A stretch of 64,000 nucleotides of DNA from Octopus vulgaris (lineage: Eukaryota). A program made the translations under genes and the position numbers. This document shows, in pieces, positions 39,641 to 54,041 of the stretch; the first letter of the stretch is position 1; each line of letters begins with the position of its first letter. The notes below the pieces were generated by a model that saw only the letters and a list, made by a program, of their open reading frames with translations, did not search any database and was not told the origin of the DNA. Where the stretch lies: NCBI GenBank assembly GCA_951406725.2, contig OX597833.1, positions 44,578,001-44,642,000 on the forward strand, written 5' to 3'.

Positions 39641-40289
39641 AGGTATCCTGACTTACTTCCGGTGTTCGAACCGTGGGTCCTTTTCTTTTTGGGGTGTTAT
39701 TCACTGACCCCGTAGTGCGTCACTTCTTAACCAACATTTGTATCGTTCACTTTGCCGGCAAGCCTTAACCCAGAAACTTGACTTTAAAAGTTTCACGTGT
39801 TTGCTTAACACAATCGGTTCTCACATGCACTTACACAATCTCCATTCCTTCCGCTATTGAGTGTGTCATGTTGCAGAAAATGCTAGAGATGTTCACTCAA
39901 TGCATTCTTACAATTAACTAATGCGGTGAGGGTAACGTAGCAAAGAGTCGACTGATGCACCATCTTTGTTCAGCACAAACAAGGCTTTGAACTAACATAA
40001 TGACACTTGCAAACGAAAGGCTTGGTGCTTTTTGCGTATGTAAATTTATTTCTCTATTCACACAGTGTTACGGAATCCAGGCTACTTTTTCGTGCCCTAC
40101 CCTATAAAAGACAAGAAATTTGTTCACATACAAACGCCATAGATCAAAGGTTGACCTTATCAAGAATGACTTAGAAACGAATAACAATAGCAATTCTATT
40201 GGTTTTTGTTTGCCTGACATAAAACAGGTTCTAGTTCATATCTCACAGTTAAAGAATTAGCAGTAGAAAGATTTAACACGGCAAATAAT

Positions 40290-41523
40290 TGTATAAAAAT
40301 AGTATCACATGCGGTCGTATCGTATAAGAGACACGGTCGCACGTGGTCATATTCTTAATGAGTTATTTACTGACCATATATACATGCAGCGGCAATGGAA
40401 CGCATAAGTGGAATGACAACAAGTCTTCTGTTGGTAGATAAATATTATTTATTTTACATATTTTACAATCATGTTGGTTGGAAGTTTGTAAGTGTTAGCA
40501 TGTTTTTGTGTCTGTGTGTTCGTGAGGCATAAAAGGTACTGACCAGAGAAATAACAATGGAATTTGGTTCACAGTTCATGTTGTTGGTATCAGCCTAGCA
40601 ACAGGTAGTAGCACGATGGCTTAAGGTAGTTCTTAGAAGAACTAGAATTCAAGACAGTTAATTGATTTACCGTTTATGAGGTACACGGAGGGTAAGAGTT
40701 CCATATCAAGATGTTGCGTCTCGTAGTTGAGATTAATTGAATCACTTGTTGTGTTTATCTTTCTCTTGATGTGAATATACTTCCAGATATATTAACTGTA
40801 GCCGTTTTTCCCGTGGTGATATTTTCACCTAACCGCTATAGTTGAATCTGTAGTTGTCTTGTGTACAAATTAAATCTTAGTAGATAGAGACGATGTTGGC
40901 GATGAGTCGTGTCTGTCGCTTGGTTTTTGCTGCGTCTTCATTATATATTCTGCTTGGTTATTTTTCTCTAGTTATAGATATCCTGTAACCGTTCTTTTCG
41001 TGGTGATATTTTCACACTAACAGTGTGAGAGGAATCTGTAACATCTTGTATTAATGGTGGTCGCCTGCCTTTCGAACTGGAACATGGTCGAGTATGCTCT
41101 GTGTGGTCAGAGGTTCGCCCTGAGAAGAACCAAAGACGAACTCTGTGGTCAGAGGTTAGTCCTGAAAAGAACTAAAAACCTAAGACGAGCTCTGTGGTCA
41201 GAGGTTTAGCTCTGAAAAGAACTAAAAACCTAAGACGAATATTCGTCTGAGAACCCTTCTTTTATAAGGTTTATTGGGCTCAAAACGAACTTCAGAAATG
41301 GAAAGCAAGTGGCGCTTGGAACAATGGCGCGAAAATAAGCGGAGGCAAATCGCGTCACGTGACAACCAGCGGTGCGAACGTAGTAGAGACCACGTTCAGT
41401 CAATCGAATTAGTGTTTACAACAATAATAAACTAGCCGAAGATGTTTGAAATCTCGAACGAGATTATTCTTAATACTCTTCTCAAACAGTGAAGATAGCA
41501 ATGAGTGTAACGATATCGCTACA
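40290..41523 (-). mobile_element. Solo-LTR-like insertion (TG...CA, 1234 bp; unit B only)
   Basis: Ends TGTAT.../...CTACA; empty site GGCAAATAATTGAAAG at ~10601 in A; internal ~50-bp triple repeat at 41100-41240; TATA-like TATAAAAG on the minus strand. Confidence 0.6.
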
Positions 41524-41787
41524 ATTGAAAGAATAAATAAATAAATAAATAAAAACCTAACTTTTTCTATAAAAGTAATCTCGTCCATAATTCAATTAAA
41601 TGTCAATTCAAGATCTAGTACTAAACATAAAGTTTTGGAATTTTGAAGTCGTTTCGTATATCTCAGCTCCTACATTTATACGTTTTGTCTTGATTTCCGA
41701 CTACTTCACTATTTTAAATTAATAAAAGGAATTGAAAATTGTATTTTATTTTCTGTATGATATTTCATTTCCCTTGTTTAATTTCAG

Positions 41788-41817
41788 TTCCTCCGAAAAC
41801 TACCACTGCTAAACCTA
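41788..41817 (+). CDS. Gene B micro-exon M1 (30 nt): (V)PPKTTTAKP
   Basis: atttcAG|TTCCTCCGAAAACTACCACTGCTAAACCTA|GTAAGT. Confidence 0.8.
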
Positions 41818-42628
41818 GTAAGTTCATTTTTCTCTTATCTTTATTTCATTCTACAGAATTTCATTATTTTCTGTCCACTTGTAGGGAACATCTATCATAT
41901 TTTAATAAATTCTCATGGATTTAAACTACTTCGTAAAGAGATGCCTTTCCCAGTCAGTTCGCTTTTCAAGCATATGTTCCCGAGTCCAAACTGACAGCAC
42001 GTCGCCTTAGGAGAGTGTCTTCAACTATAGCCCCAGACAGGCCAATACTTTTTCAGCAAATATATTTCGCTTAGTTCCACTGGACTAACATGTCAGGCGT
42101 CTAGAGATAGATTCTCCTTATATATATATATTTATTTATTTATTCATTTTTTATTTTCTTTGTTTATATATGTGTATGTATGCATGTAAGTATGTATGTA
42201 TGTATGTATGTATGTATGTATGTATGTATGTATGTATGTATGTATGTATGTATGTATGTATGTATCAATCGCGGGGACATAGAAATAATCGGACTGAATA
42301 CCCGATCGCGCGGTTAAACCATTGGGAGTGAAGGACTTCTAGCCTTTGTTAGGGCATCCTTCTAGGAGAAGGTAACTCAGGTAACTGGGATAACTCCGAT
42401 ATAAAACCTGCGGCTCAGTGGCTACCGATGATGTTGACTTGTTCTTCTTTTCGGATTATGGCTGCTGTTGCTTAGTGAGTGGGATTGACTCAGTGCACAG
42501 CCTTTCCTCACTTTAAAAAAAATTTTCTTGCACAGGCATTGCACGATAACAACATTGATTAAGCTTCGTGCAATGGCCATACTCGATAACGAGGGGGCAG
42601 CCACCATGTATGTATGTATGTATGTATG

Positions 42629-42662
<34 letters not shown>

Positions 42663-42900
42663 TATAAAACGAACTTTTCTCTTAAGGTAATCTCATCCAT
42701 AATTCGATTAAATATCAATTGAAGATTGAATTCTAATCACAACGTTTTGGAATTTGTAAAGTCATTTCGTGTAGCTCAGCTCCTACATTTATACATCTTG
42801 TCTTCATTTCCGACTGGTTTACTATTTTAAATTAATAAAAGGAATTGAAAAGTGTATTTCATTTGCTGCATCATATTTCATTTTCTTTGTTTAATTTTAG

Positions 42901-42936
42901 CTACTACGGAAAAAATAACTACCACTGTTACAACGA
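42901..42936 (+). CDS. Gene B micro-exon M3 (36 nt): (T)TTEKITTTVTT
   Basis: ttttAG...ACAACGA|GTAAGT; in-frame +3 nt relative to A. Confidence 0.8.
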
Positions 42937-43909
42937 GTAAGTAAATTTTTCTCTTATCTTAATTTCATTATACAGAATTGCATTCTTTTTTGTCCACTAG
43001 TGGTACAAATTAGCAGTGTCTCGTCAAAAACTTTTACAGCAATTCTGTCCTTTTGAGTTCTGAGTTCCAATTCCGCTAAGGTCGAGTTTGTTATGCTTTC
43101 TTCCTGCCAGATGTCAATAGTATAATACTGTCTAGTACCAGGTTCTATTTTTAATTCGTTCTCCAAAGTATCTATATTATTCTGATGTAACGAAAATGAA
43201 AGCACTGCTATGGAACGAAATGAAAGCACTGCTTATCATACACATAACATTTACGTTGTCAGGAAGATAATTTTATACGAAGTAATGAATTAGAACTAGA
43301 CAGGCTCAAAAAGACTACGCGGGAAAAGATTATTATGGAAACTCAAAAACCTAACAAACCAACAAAAATTCAGAGACTTTCTACTGGAAGCTCTAATGAT
43401 AGAGAGGAAGAAGTGGAAGGGACATATATATCTTAGAGGACAACTAGAAGTTTCTGTGGGACAATTTACTGAGTGCTGCTGACCAAATCTGTGCTTGGTG
43501 CAAAGTCCCAGCCTGGCCGAGGATGACTTAGTGTGGAAAAAGGAGGTGGACAATGCTATAAAATTAAAGAGACATGCCTGCAAGAACTGGAAAAACGGTG
43601 GAAGCAAAGCATTATAACAGGGAGCTTTGCCAACGTTATACAACGTAAGGATCAGAGACGTGAGGTGCTCAGGATTGCAAAGCAGTGTATCAGAGAGAAA
43701 AGAGATGTGGTAGGTGAGAAATGTGTGCGAATGGATCACGATATGCTTGCGCTTAGTGAATCAGAGAAGAAAGATGCGTGGAGATGCCATTATGAAAGGT
43801 TGTTAAATGTGGGGAATGACTGGGAGAAGGAGAGTCTTTCAAATATTGAAACAATTGAGGGACCCTTTTGGTAATAAATGGCATACGGCTGTCTACATTA
43901 ATTTGGTTG

Positions 43910-43967
<58 letters not shown>

Positions 43968-43999
43968 TATATATATAAAAACACACACACTCAGAGAGA

Positions 44000-44034
<35 letters not shown>

Positions 44035-44832
44035 TGTGTGTGTGCGTGAAAGCTTACGGTTTAATAAATTCTCATACGTTTAAACTACTTCGTAAAGAGA
44101 TGCCTTTCCCAGTCACTTCGCTTTTCAAGTATATGTTCTCGGGTTCAATCTCACTGCCCGTCGCCTTGGGAGAGTGTCTTCAACTATAGCCCCAGACAGG
44201 CCAATACTTTTCCAGTAAAATAATTTCACTTAGTTCCGCCGGACTAATATGTCAGGCGTCTAGAGATAGATTCTCCTTATATATATTAATTATTATTTCA
44301 TGGAATAAAATCCAAATTACAAGGAAAAATAATTTAATTTAGAAATACTAAATTAAATTCCACACAATATGATATATATATAAAATATTAGAAAAAAACC
44401 ACCTTTTACCAATTCAAAATGAATAATTAAATTACACCATCTAGAAAATTACATACAATAGAAAAGTTAAAATTAAAATAACAATTAAAATTAATTACTT
44501 TTTAATTATTATTTTAATTTTAACTTTTCTATTATATGTAATTTTCTAGATGGTGTAATTTAATTATTCATTTTGAATTGATAAAAGGTGTTTTTTTTTC
44601 TAATATTTTTTGTTGAGGTCATCTCATCCATAATTCGATTAAATACCAATTCAAGATCGAATTCTAATCATAAAGTTTTAGAATTTTTAAAGTCATTTCG
44701 TGTAGCTTAGCTCCTACGTTTAAATATCTTGTCTTCATTTCCGACTGGTTTACTATTTTAAATTAATAAAAGGAATTGAAAAGTGTATTTCATTTGCTAT
44801 ATCATATTTCATTTTTTCTTGTTTAATTTTAG

Positions 44833-44849
44833 CTACCACTGAAAACCGA
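44833..44849 (+). CDS. Gene B micro-exon M4a (17 nt as assembled; TTTEKP if the A4 run is really A5)
   Basis: ttttAG|CTACCACTGAAAACCGA|GTGAGT; 1 nt short of a symmetric exon, inside an A run. Confidence 0.6.
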
Positions 44850-45773
44850 GTGAGTAACTTTTTCTCTTATTTTAATTTCATTGTACAGAATTGCATTCTT
44901 TTGTGTCCACTTGTGGGACAAATTATTAGTGTCTCGTCAAAAAACTTTTACATCATTTCTGTCTTGTTGAGTTCTGAGCTCCAATTCTGCTAAGGTCGAG
45001 TTTCTCATGCTTTCATCTTGCCAGATGTCAATGAATATAATACTGTCTAGTACCAGGCTCTACTTAAATTAACAGTTGCATTTTTCCAAACAATATAGCT
45101 TTATATCTATCCTATGTCATTCTGATGTAACGCTTTCACTATGGGACGAAATGAAAACACTATTTATCATACACATAATAAATACGCCGTCAGGAAGATA
45201 ACTAAAACGAAATAATAAAATTGTAAATAAAGTAAAACATACTTTGTAAAAGTAAAACATACAGTGGAGGCGCAATGGCCTAGTGGTTAGGGCAGCGAAC
45301 TTGCGGTCGGAGGATCGCGGTTTCGATTCCCAGACCGGGCGTTGTGTGTGTTTATTGAGCGAAAAAAAACACCTAAAAGCTCCACGAGGCTCCGGCAGGA
45401 GGTGGTGATGCCTGCTTATATCTTTCACCACTATATAGGCGGTGCTAGCAAGTCAAATGACTGAAACAAGTACAAAAAAAAAAAATACATAAGTACTCAG
45501 AAATCCGGATGGTTTAATATTTACAAATATTTATTAGTATGTTATATATATGTTTATACATCATATATCACATATTAGCGCTTTCGTCAATTCTACTGGA
45601 GCCTTCAAATTTGAAGGCTGCAGTAGAATGGACGAAAGCGCTAATATGTGATATATGATGTATAAAAATATGTAACATACTAATAAATATTTGTAAATAT
45701 AAACCCATCCGGATTTCTGAGTACCTCATTTCTTCTAATATATAATACCTGTACATCATCTCCAAACCTTCTA

Positions 45774-45819
<46 letters not shown>

Positions 45820-46839
45820 TCCAAACCATCTAATATATATATACATCATCTCCAAACCTTCTAATATAATATATATATATACAATGATGATGATATATCA
45901 TAATGTTTTCGGGCAATTACAGTCCCTGTCAGTACATATGTATACAATTATGTGCTTATCTACAGCATTAGATCTTTTAGCTCTTATTTCTAGCAATGTA
46001 GTTTTCTAACACCCTTAGTCATATTTAGTGACAATTATTAGTTTTCCTTCTTTGGTAACACATTGCACTCGGCTGTCTATAGCAATTTTTTTTACATACA
46101 AACATATGGCACATAAAAACATCATTTGAACCTGGCCGTTGCCAGTTCCGCGTGACTGGCCTTCGTGCCGGTGGCACGTAAAAGCACCCACTACACTGTC
46201 GGAGTAGTTGGTGCTAGGAAGGACATCCAGCTGTAGAAACTCTGCCCGATCAGATTGGAGCCTGGTGCAGCCATCTGGCTCGCCAGTCTTCAGTCAAACC
46301 GTCCAACCAATGCCAGCTTGGAAAATGGACGTTAAACGATGATGATGATGAATGATACGTATATATATATATATAATTCCCAGTCAATTCGCTTTTCAAC
46401 CACATGTTTTCGAGTTCAATCTCACTGCACGGCACCTTGGGAGAATGTCTTCAACTATAGCCCCGGATACAGCAACGCTGAGTAATTAATTTTGTTATTA
46501 TAAATTTAGCTTTTCTATTATATGTAATTTTCTAGATGGTGTAAATTAATTATTTATTTTGAATTGATAAAAGGTGGTTTTTTTCTAATATTTTATATAT
46601 ATATAAACCGACCTTTTCTGTTAAGGTCATCTCATCCATAATTCGATTAAATACCAATTCAAGATCGAATTCTAATCATAAAGTTTTGGAATTTTTAAAG
46701 TCATTTCGTGTAGCTTAGCTCCTACGTTTATATATCTTGTCTTCATTTCCCACTGGTTTACTATTTTAAATTAATAAAAGGAATTGAAAAGTGTATTTCA
46801 TTTGCTGTATCATATTTCATTTTTCTTGTTTAATTTTAG

Positions 46840-46860
46840 CTACTACCACTGCTAAACCGA
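46840..46860 (+). CDS. Gene B micro-exon M4b (21 nt): (T)TTTAKP
   Basis: ttttAG|CTACTACCACTGCTAAACCGA|GTAAGT. Confidence 0.8.
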
Positions 46861-47574
46861 GTAAGTAACTTTTTCTCATATCTTAATTTCATTGTACAGA
46901 ATTTCAGTCTTTTGTGTCCACTTGTGGGACAAATTATTAGTGTCACGTCAAAACACTTTTACGTCATTTCTGTCCTGTTGAGTACTGAGCTCCAAATCCG
47001 CTGAGGTAGAGTTTGTCATGCTTTCATCCTGCCAGATGACAATGAATATAATACAGTCTAGTAACAGGGTCTACTTAAATTAACAGTTGCATTTCTCCAA
47101 ACAATATAGCTTTATATCTATCCTATGTCATTCTGATGTAACGCTTTCACTATGGGACGAAATGAAAACACTATTTATCATACACATAACAAATACGCCG
47201 TCAGGAAGATAACTAAAACGAAATAATAAAATAGTAAATAAAGTAAAACATACATAAGTATGATATATATATATATATATATATTAGAAGAAATGAGGTA
47301 CTCAGAAATCCGGATGGTTTTATATTTACAGATATTTATTAGTATGTTACATATTTTTATACATCATATATCACATATTAGTGTTTTCGTCCATTCTACT
47401 GTAGCCTTCAAATTTGAAGGCTGCAGTAGAATGGACGAACGCGCTAATATGTGATATACGATGTATAAAAATATGTAACATACTAATAAATATCTGTAAA
47501 TATAAAACCATCCGGATTTATGAGTACCTCATTTCTTCTAATATATAATACCTGTACATCATCTCCAAACCTTC

Positions 47575-47636
<62 letters not shown>

Positions 47637-48986
47637 TCCAAACCATCTAATATATGGATGATGGATGGAAACACTCCGTCGGTTACGACGATGAGGGTTC
47701 CGGTTGATCCGAATCAACGGAACAGCCTGCTCGTGAAATTAACGTGTAAGGTCTCGGGGATATTCAGCGTGACACAGAGAGTGACAAGGCCGGTCCCTTG
47801 AAATACAGGTACAACAGAAACAGGAAGTAAGAGTGAGAGAAAATTGTTGTGAAAGAGTACAGCAGGGATCACCACCATCTCCTGCCGGAGCCTCGTGGAG
47901 CTTTTAGATGTTTTCGCTCAATAAACACTCACAACGCCCGGTCTGGGAATCGAAACCGCGATCTTATGACCGCGAGTCCGCTGCCCTAACCACTGGACCA
48001 TTGCGTCTCCACCATCTTATATATACATCATCTCCAAACCTTCTAATATAATATATATATACAATGATGATGATATATCATAATGTTTTCGGGCAATTAC
48101 AGTCCCTGTCAGTGCATATGTATACAATTATGTGCTTATCTACAGCATTAGATCTTTTAGCTCTTATTTCTAGCAATGTAGGTTTCTAACACCCTTAGTC
48201 ATATTTAGTGACAATTATTAGTTTTCCTTCTTTGGTAACACATTGCACTCGGCTGTCTATAGCAATTTTTTTTACATACAAACATATGGCACATAAAAAC
48301 ATCATTTGAACCTGGCCGTTGCCAGTTCCGCGTGACTGGCCTTCGTGCCGGTGGCACGTAAAAGCACCCTCTACACTGTCGGAGTAGTTGGTGCTAGGAA
48401 GGACATCCAGCTGTAGAAACTCTGCCCGATCAGATTGGAGCCTGGTGCAGCCATCTGGCTCGCCAGTCTTCAGTCAAACCGTCCAACCAATGCCAGCTTG
48501 GAAAATGGACGTTAAACGATGATGATGATGAATGATACGTATATATATATATAATTCCCAGTCAATTCGCTTTTCAACTACATGTTTTCGAGTTCAATCT
48601 CACTGCACGGCACCTTGGGAGAATGAGTAATTAATTTTGTTATTATAAATTTAGCTTTTCTATTATATGTAATTTTCTAGATGGTGTAAATTAATTATTT
48701 ATTTTGAATTGATAAAAGGTGGTTTTTTTCTAATATTTTATATATATATATAAACCGACCTTTTCTGTTAAGGTCATCTCATCCATAATTCGATTAAATA
48801 CCAATTCAAGATCGAATTCTAATCATAAAGTTTTGGAATTTTTAAAGTCATTTCGTGTAGCTTAGCTCCTACGTTTATATATCTTGTCTTGATTTCCCAC
48901 TGGTTTACTATTTTAAATTAATAAAAGGAATTGAAAAGTGTATTTCATTTGCTGTATCATATTTCATTTTTCTTGTTTAATTTTAG

Positions 48987-49007
48987 CTACTACCACTGCT
49001 AAACCGA
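48987..49007 (+). CDS. Gene B micro-exon M4c (21 nt): (T)TTTAKP
   Basis: Identical to 46840-46860, with the same splice sites. Confidence 0.78.
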
Positions 49008-49406
49008 GTAAGTAACTTTTTCTCATATCTTAATTTCATTGTACAGAATTTCAGTCTTTTGTGTCCACTACTGGGACAAATTATGAGTGTCACGTCAAAA
49101 CACTTTTACGTCATTTCTGTCCTGTTGAGTACTGAGCTCCAAATCCGCTGAGGTAGAGTTTGTCATGCTTTCATCCTGCCAGATGACAATGAATATAATA
49201 CAGTCTAGTAACAGGGTCTACTTAAATTAACAGTTGCATTTCTCCAAACAATATAGCTTTATATCTATCCTATGTCATTCTGATGTAACGCTTTGACTAT
49301 GGGACGAAATGAAACACTATTTATCATACACATAACAAATACGCCGTCAGGAAGATAACTAAAACGAAATAATAGAATAGTAAATAAAGTAAAATACATA
49401 AGTATG

Positions 49407-49439
<33 letters not shown>

Positions 49440-49711
49440 ATGGGTACCAGAAATGATGGTTTTATTTACAGATATTTATTAGTATGTTACATATTTTTAT
49501 ACATAATATATCACATATTAGTTTCGTCCATTCTACTGTAGCCTTCAAATTTGAAGGCTGCAGTAGAATGGACGAAAGCGCTAATATGTGATATACGATG
49601 TATAAAAATATGTAACATACTAATAAATATCTGTAAATATAAAACCATCCGGATTTATGAGTACCTCATTTCTTCTAATATATAATACCTGTACATCATC
49701 TCCAAACCTTC

Positions 49712-49769
<58 letters not shown>

Positions 49770-50671
49770 TCCAAACCATCTAATATATGGATGATGGATG
49801 GAAACACTCCGTCGGTTACGACGATGAGGGTTCCGGTTGATCCGAATCAACGGAACAGCCTGCTCGTGAAATTAACGTGTAAGGTCTCGGGGATATTCAG
49901 CGTGACACAGAGAGTGACAAGGCCGGCCCCTTGAAATACAGGTACAACAGAAACAGGAAGTAAGAGTGAGAGAAAGTTGTTGTGAAAGAGTACAGCAGGG
50001 ATCACCACCATCTCCTGCCGGAGCCTCGTGGAGCTTTTAGATGTTTTCGCTCAATAAACACTCACAACGCCCGGTCTGGGAATCGAAACCGCGATCTTAT
50101 GACCGCGAGTCCGCTGCCCTAACCACTGGACCATTGCGTCTCCACCATCTTATATATACATCATCTCCAAACCTTCTAATATAATATATATATACAATGA
50201 TGATGATATATCATAATGTTTTCGGGCAATTACAGTCCCTGTCAGTGCATATGTATACAATTATGTGCTTATCTACAGCATTAGATCTTTTAGCTCTTAT
50301 TTCTAGCAATGTAGGTTTCTAACACCCTTAGTCATATTTAGTGACAATTATTAGTTTTCCTTTTTTGGTAACACATTGCACTCGGCTATCTATAGCAATT
50401 TTTTATACATACAAACATATGGCACGTAAAAATTTTTGAACCTGGCGGTTGCCAGTTCCGTGTGACTGACCCTCGTGCCGGTGGCACGTAAAAGCACCCA
50501 CTACACTCGCGGAGTAGTTGGTGCTAGGAAGGGCATCCGACTGTAGAAACTCTGCCAGATCAGATTGGAGCCTGGTACAGCCATCTGGCTCGCCACTCCT
50601 CAGTCAAACCGTCCAACCCATGCCAGCTTGGAAAATGGACGTTAAACGATGATGATGATGATGAATGATAC

Positions 50672-50725
<54 letters not shown>

Positions 50726-51148
50726 CCAGTCAATTCGCTTTTCAACCACATGTTTTCGAGTTGAATCTCGCTGCACGGCACCTTGAGAGAATGTCTTCAA
50801 CTGTAGCCCCGGATATAGCAACGCTGAATGATAGGGAAATTTCTTGGCTCCCTATAACTCAGCGGTTCAGCAAAAGACATCAAGGGAGTAGGTACCAGAT
50901 TGAAAACATACGTACTGTGATTGCCCTGTTTCAGGTGCAAAGGCACGTTTTCAGGAGAAAACAATCTGGAGAATGTTCAGTTGTGCAGATTCCGTTAACC
51001 CATTCAAATCCTTTGCATAACTGGACATTTCCCAGGTTGTTTTTCTTCTGAAATATAAAGGTTTTATAAAACTTTCCGCATTGTCAAAAGCTTTCTATTT
51101 TCTTTCTTTTTAACCTGCTTTTAATATGTTTTCTATTTTTTATTCAAG

Positions 51149-51181
51149 CTACTACAAAACCGCCACTTACTGTAGGTTCAC
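51149..51181 (+). CDS. Gene B micro-exon M5 (33 nt): (T)TTKPPLTVGS
   Basis: Identical to 17203-17235. Confidence 0.8.
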
Positions 51182-52642
51182 GTAAGTTTTTCTATCTTCA
51201 TTTCATTCAACAGTATTCTGATCCTTGTTACTTTTATACGGAAAGCAGTGGATGCTTGAATTGATTCAACATTCCGTTAAATTTTTTCCTGTATTTAGTT
51301 GTATTCCTTTATGTTGAGAGTTCAGATCCCACTAGGTTTTATGGGTCACTCATCCATCTGGACGTTAATAAAATAAGTAGTCAACTACCAATGTCGATCA
51401 AATCAATTGCCCCTTTCCTTTAAATGTGGGATTTTGTGTCTCTTAAAAATCAATATCATGTAGACGAAGTGAGGTAGCAAAGTCAGTCACTAACCAACTA
51501 TGTAACATTACGTTCTGAGTTGCATATTATACGTGACACCGTCTCATATCCATTGAGTTCGATAAAATAAAGTATCACTTAAGTACTGGGGTCGATATAA
51601 TCAACCCATACTCTCCCTGAAAATATGCAGAATTGTATCCGATATCATAAATCAGCATTATCATTATTGCTGTTTGCTTTCTATTGTTTATTTTTTTAAT
51701 TAAAACAGATATATTGTATGGTGATGGTTTTGCTGCTAGCACATCGGTCGTGATTATTTCAATTAGCTCCGTTTCTAGTATTTTTTTCCTGTGTCGGGCT
51801 TTCGTGTTGCGACAAATTTTTCAGGAATGCATTATTCTTGTAACATAGTAGATTCCTGCGTGCTCGCGCATACACAGACATACTCTCACACACACATACA
51901 CGCACACATACATACATACACATACACACACATACATGCATGCATACATACATACATACATACATACATACATACATACATACATACATACATACATACA
52001 AACATACATACTTACATACATTTATACATACATACATACATACATACATACATACATACATACATACATACATACATACGAAATCTGTCGGAAGGATAAT
52101 CCTGAGGACAAACAAATCAAAACCCACAATATGGTAGAAGCCATTCCAATTAAAAGGAATACTAGTGGAATGTATCAGTGAAGACCTCAATAAAATGTAA
52201 GCACAACAGACCTGATATAATGATTTGGGATATAGAAGAGAAACCGTGCACAGTCGTAGGAATTAGCTGCCCAGCGGATTTTAACATAAAGCTAAAGATC
52301 AGTGAAAAAGAGAACACTTATGCTGACCTATTGAGAAATCTGCAGATTACAAGTTCAGGTTTATATCTGAAATTATTGGGACCCTGGGATATGTAACACA
52401 CTGCCTAAAAGCCAATCTTGAGAAATTAGGCTTCTCAAAACCAGAAAGGAGGAAGCTAATTCGAAGACTAGAGATCCAATCCATCACTGGAACTGTAAAA
52501 ATCTGTAAAATCTTCCAGAAGTTTATCTTTTAAATATATATATGAACATGTCTCGATATGCAAGTATATGCATGAGAAGACATACATAAAACAAAATATA
52601 CAAATCTGCACACATACATACATACATACATACATACATACA

Positions 52643-52677
<35 letters not shown>

Positions 52678-52828
52678 TGCTTTGAATTCGGTTTCTAAAT
52701 CAATTACAATTTCCTAACTTTCAGTTAGATATTTCAAACTGAGAATCAAAAAGCAAATAAAATAGCCCCACCGCGTGTCTTCTACTATAGCCTCGTGGAT
52801 TTGGTAGACAGAAACTGAAAAAAGTCTG

Positions 52829-52913
<85 letters not shown>

Positions 52914-53993
52914 TGTGTGTGTGTGTATGTACTAGATTACCCGTTACACGTTGGGTCACCAGTAGTTCAACGTACCCGAAAAAACTGCGTATCTCGGGAA
53001 CCCGTAGTCCGATTTACGCGAAACTTTTTATTCCGTTTGTATTCACTTGAGCATCCGATTCATGACATCTTCTGCATTTGTGTCTTTACTTCTGTTCTTA
53101 CCAGACACTCAGCTCTCCGAGTGTCCGATTCCTGATCTCTCCTGCTTCTGTCTCTTTCCCTCTCTTCTACCAGACGCTCAGTCCTTGCTTTATTAGTCGC
53201 GGTGTGAAATAATTGTTTCCACAGATCTTTTTCGAGTGCATTCAACGTATTTCACTTCCAAACCCACCGTAAGCCACATTCTTCCGGAAAAGAAAGGGGA
53301 GAAGTGTTGTGGGGCCCTCGGAGTTTCCTACCAACGGAGTTTTTTTTGTGATTTGTTTTTCTTTTCGCATGCTTTCGCATGCTTTCAACGAATATGGCGT
53401 CGAAATCACGCGTAAACGGTTCCTTTCCCCAGAAAAGGAAAGATTTGGCAGTTATTTCTTGCACTCCCTTCTACCACGTAACAGATATTTCCGGTCCTTT
53501 ATCGCAGATGATTGCTACGTGGTAGCAGGGCGTGCCAGAATTAGCAGTGAAATCTTTCGAGGTAAGATACGTTGAAAGCACTCGAATTATTTCACGCCAG
53601 GCTTACGAACGGGTCTTTTACGAAATATTTACTGCATTTTTATAGTCATTTTCACTTTAAAATATTTTTTCGATATACCAAAAATAATTTGTCTAATGAT
53701 ATTAATTTGAAAATAATTTTTAAAAACATTAAAATATTGTCTGTTTAAAGAAAACTATAAATACTTACTGTACAAACTTACATTTTTGAAATTCCTTCAC
53801 TTAAAAATATTTGTAAATGATTAAAATATTGTGTTTAACAAAAACCAAAATAGAGACATTTATTGTAAAAAAAAATTCGTATTTTTTCGTTGGCAAGTCA
53901 CTGATACTTTTGCACATCATATCGAAAAGAACAGAAAAATAATTAAAACCTCAAATATTCCCTTTCTGTATGTTTATTTTTTTGTATTTTTAG

Positions 53994-54041
53994 TTCCTAA
54001 GATAATATTTTGGTGGCGTCGTCGACCAAAGTCTAACGCAG
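53994..54041 (+). CDS. Gene B exon M6 (48 nt): (L)PKIIFWWRRRPKSNA
   Basis: ttttAG...GCAG|GTAAGT. Confidence 0.8.

Larger units (their letters stand above)
44600..50820 (+). repeat. Three tandem ~2.0-2.15 kb micro-exon cassettes (a single copy in unit A, ~13700-15310)
   Basis: Each cassette has an intron flank, a micro-exon, the 260-bp palindrome and a SINE fragment. Exon spacing is 2007 and 2147 bp. Cassettes 2 and 3 share a SINE insertion. Confidence 0.9.
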
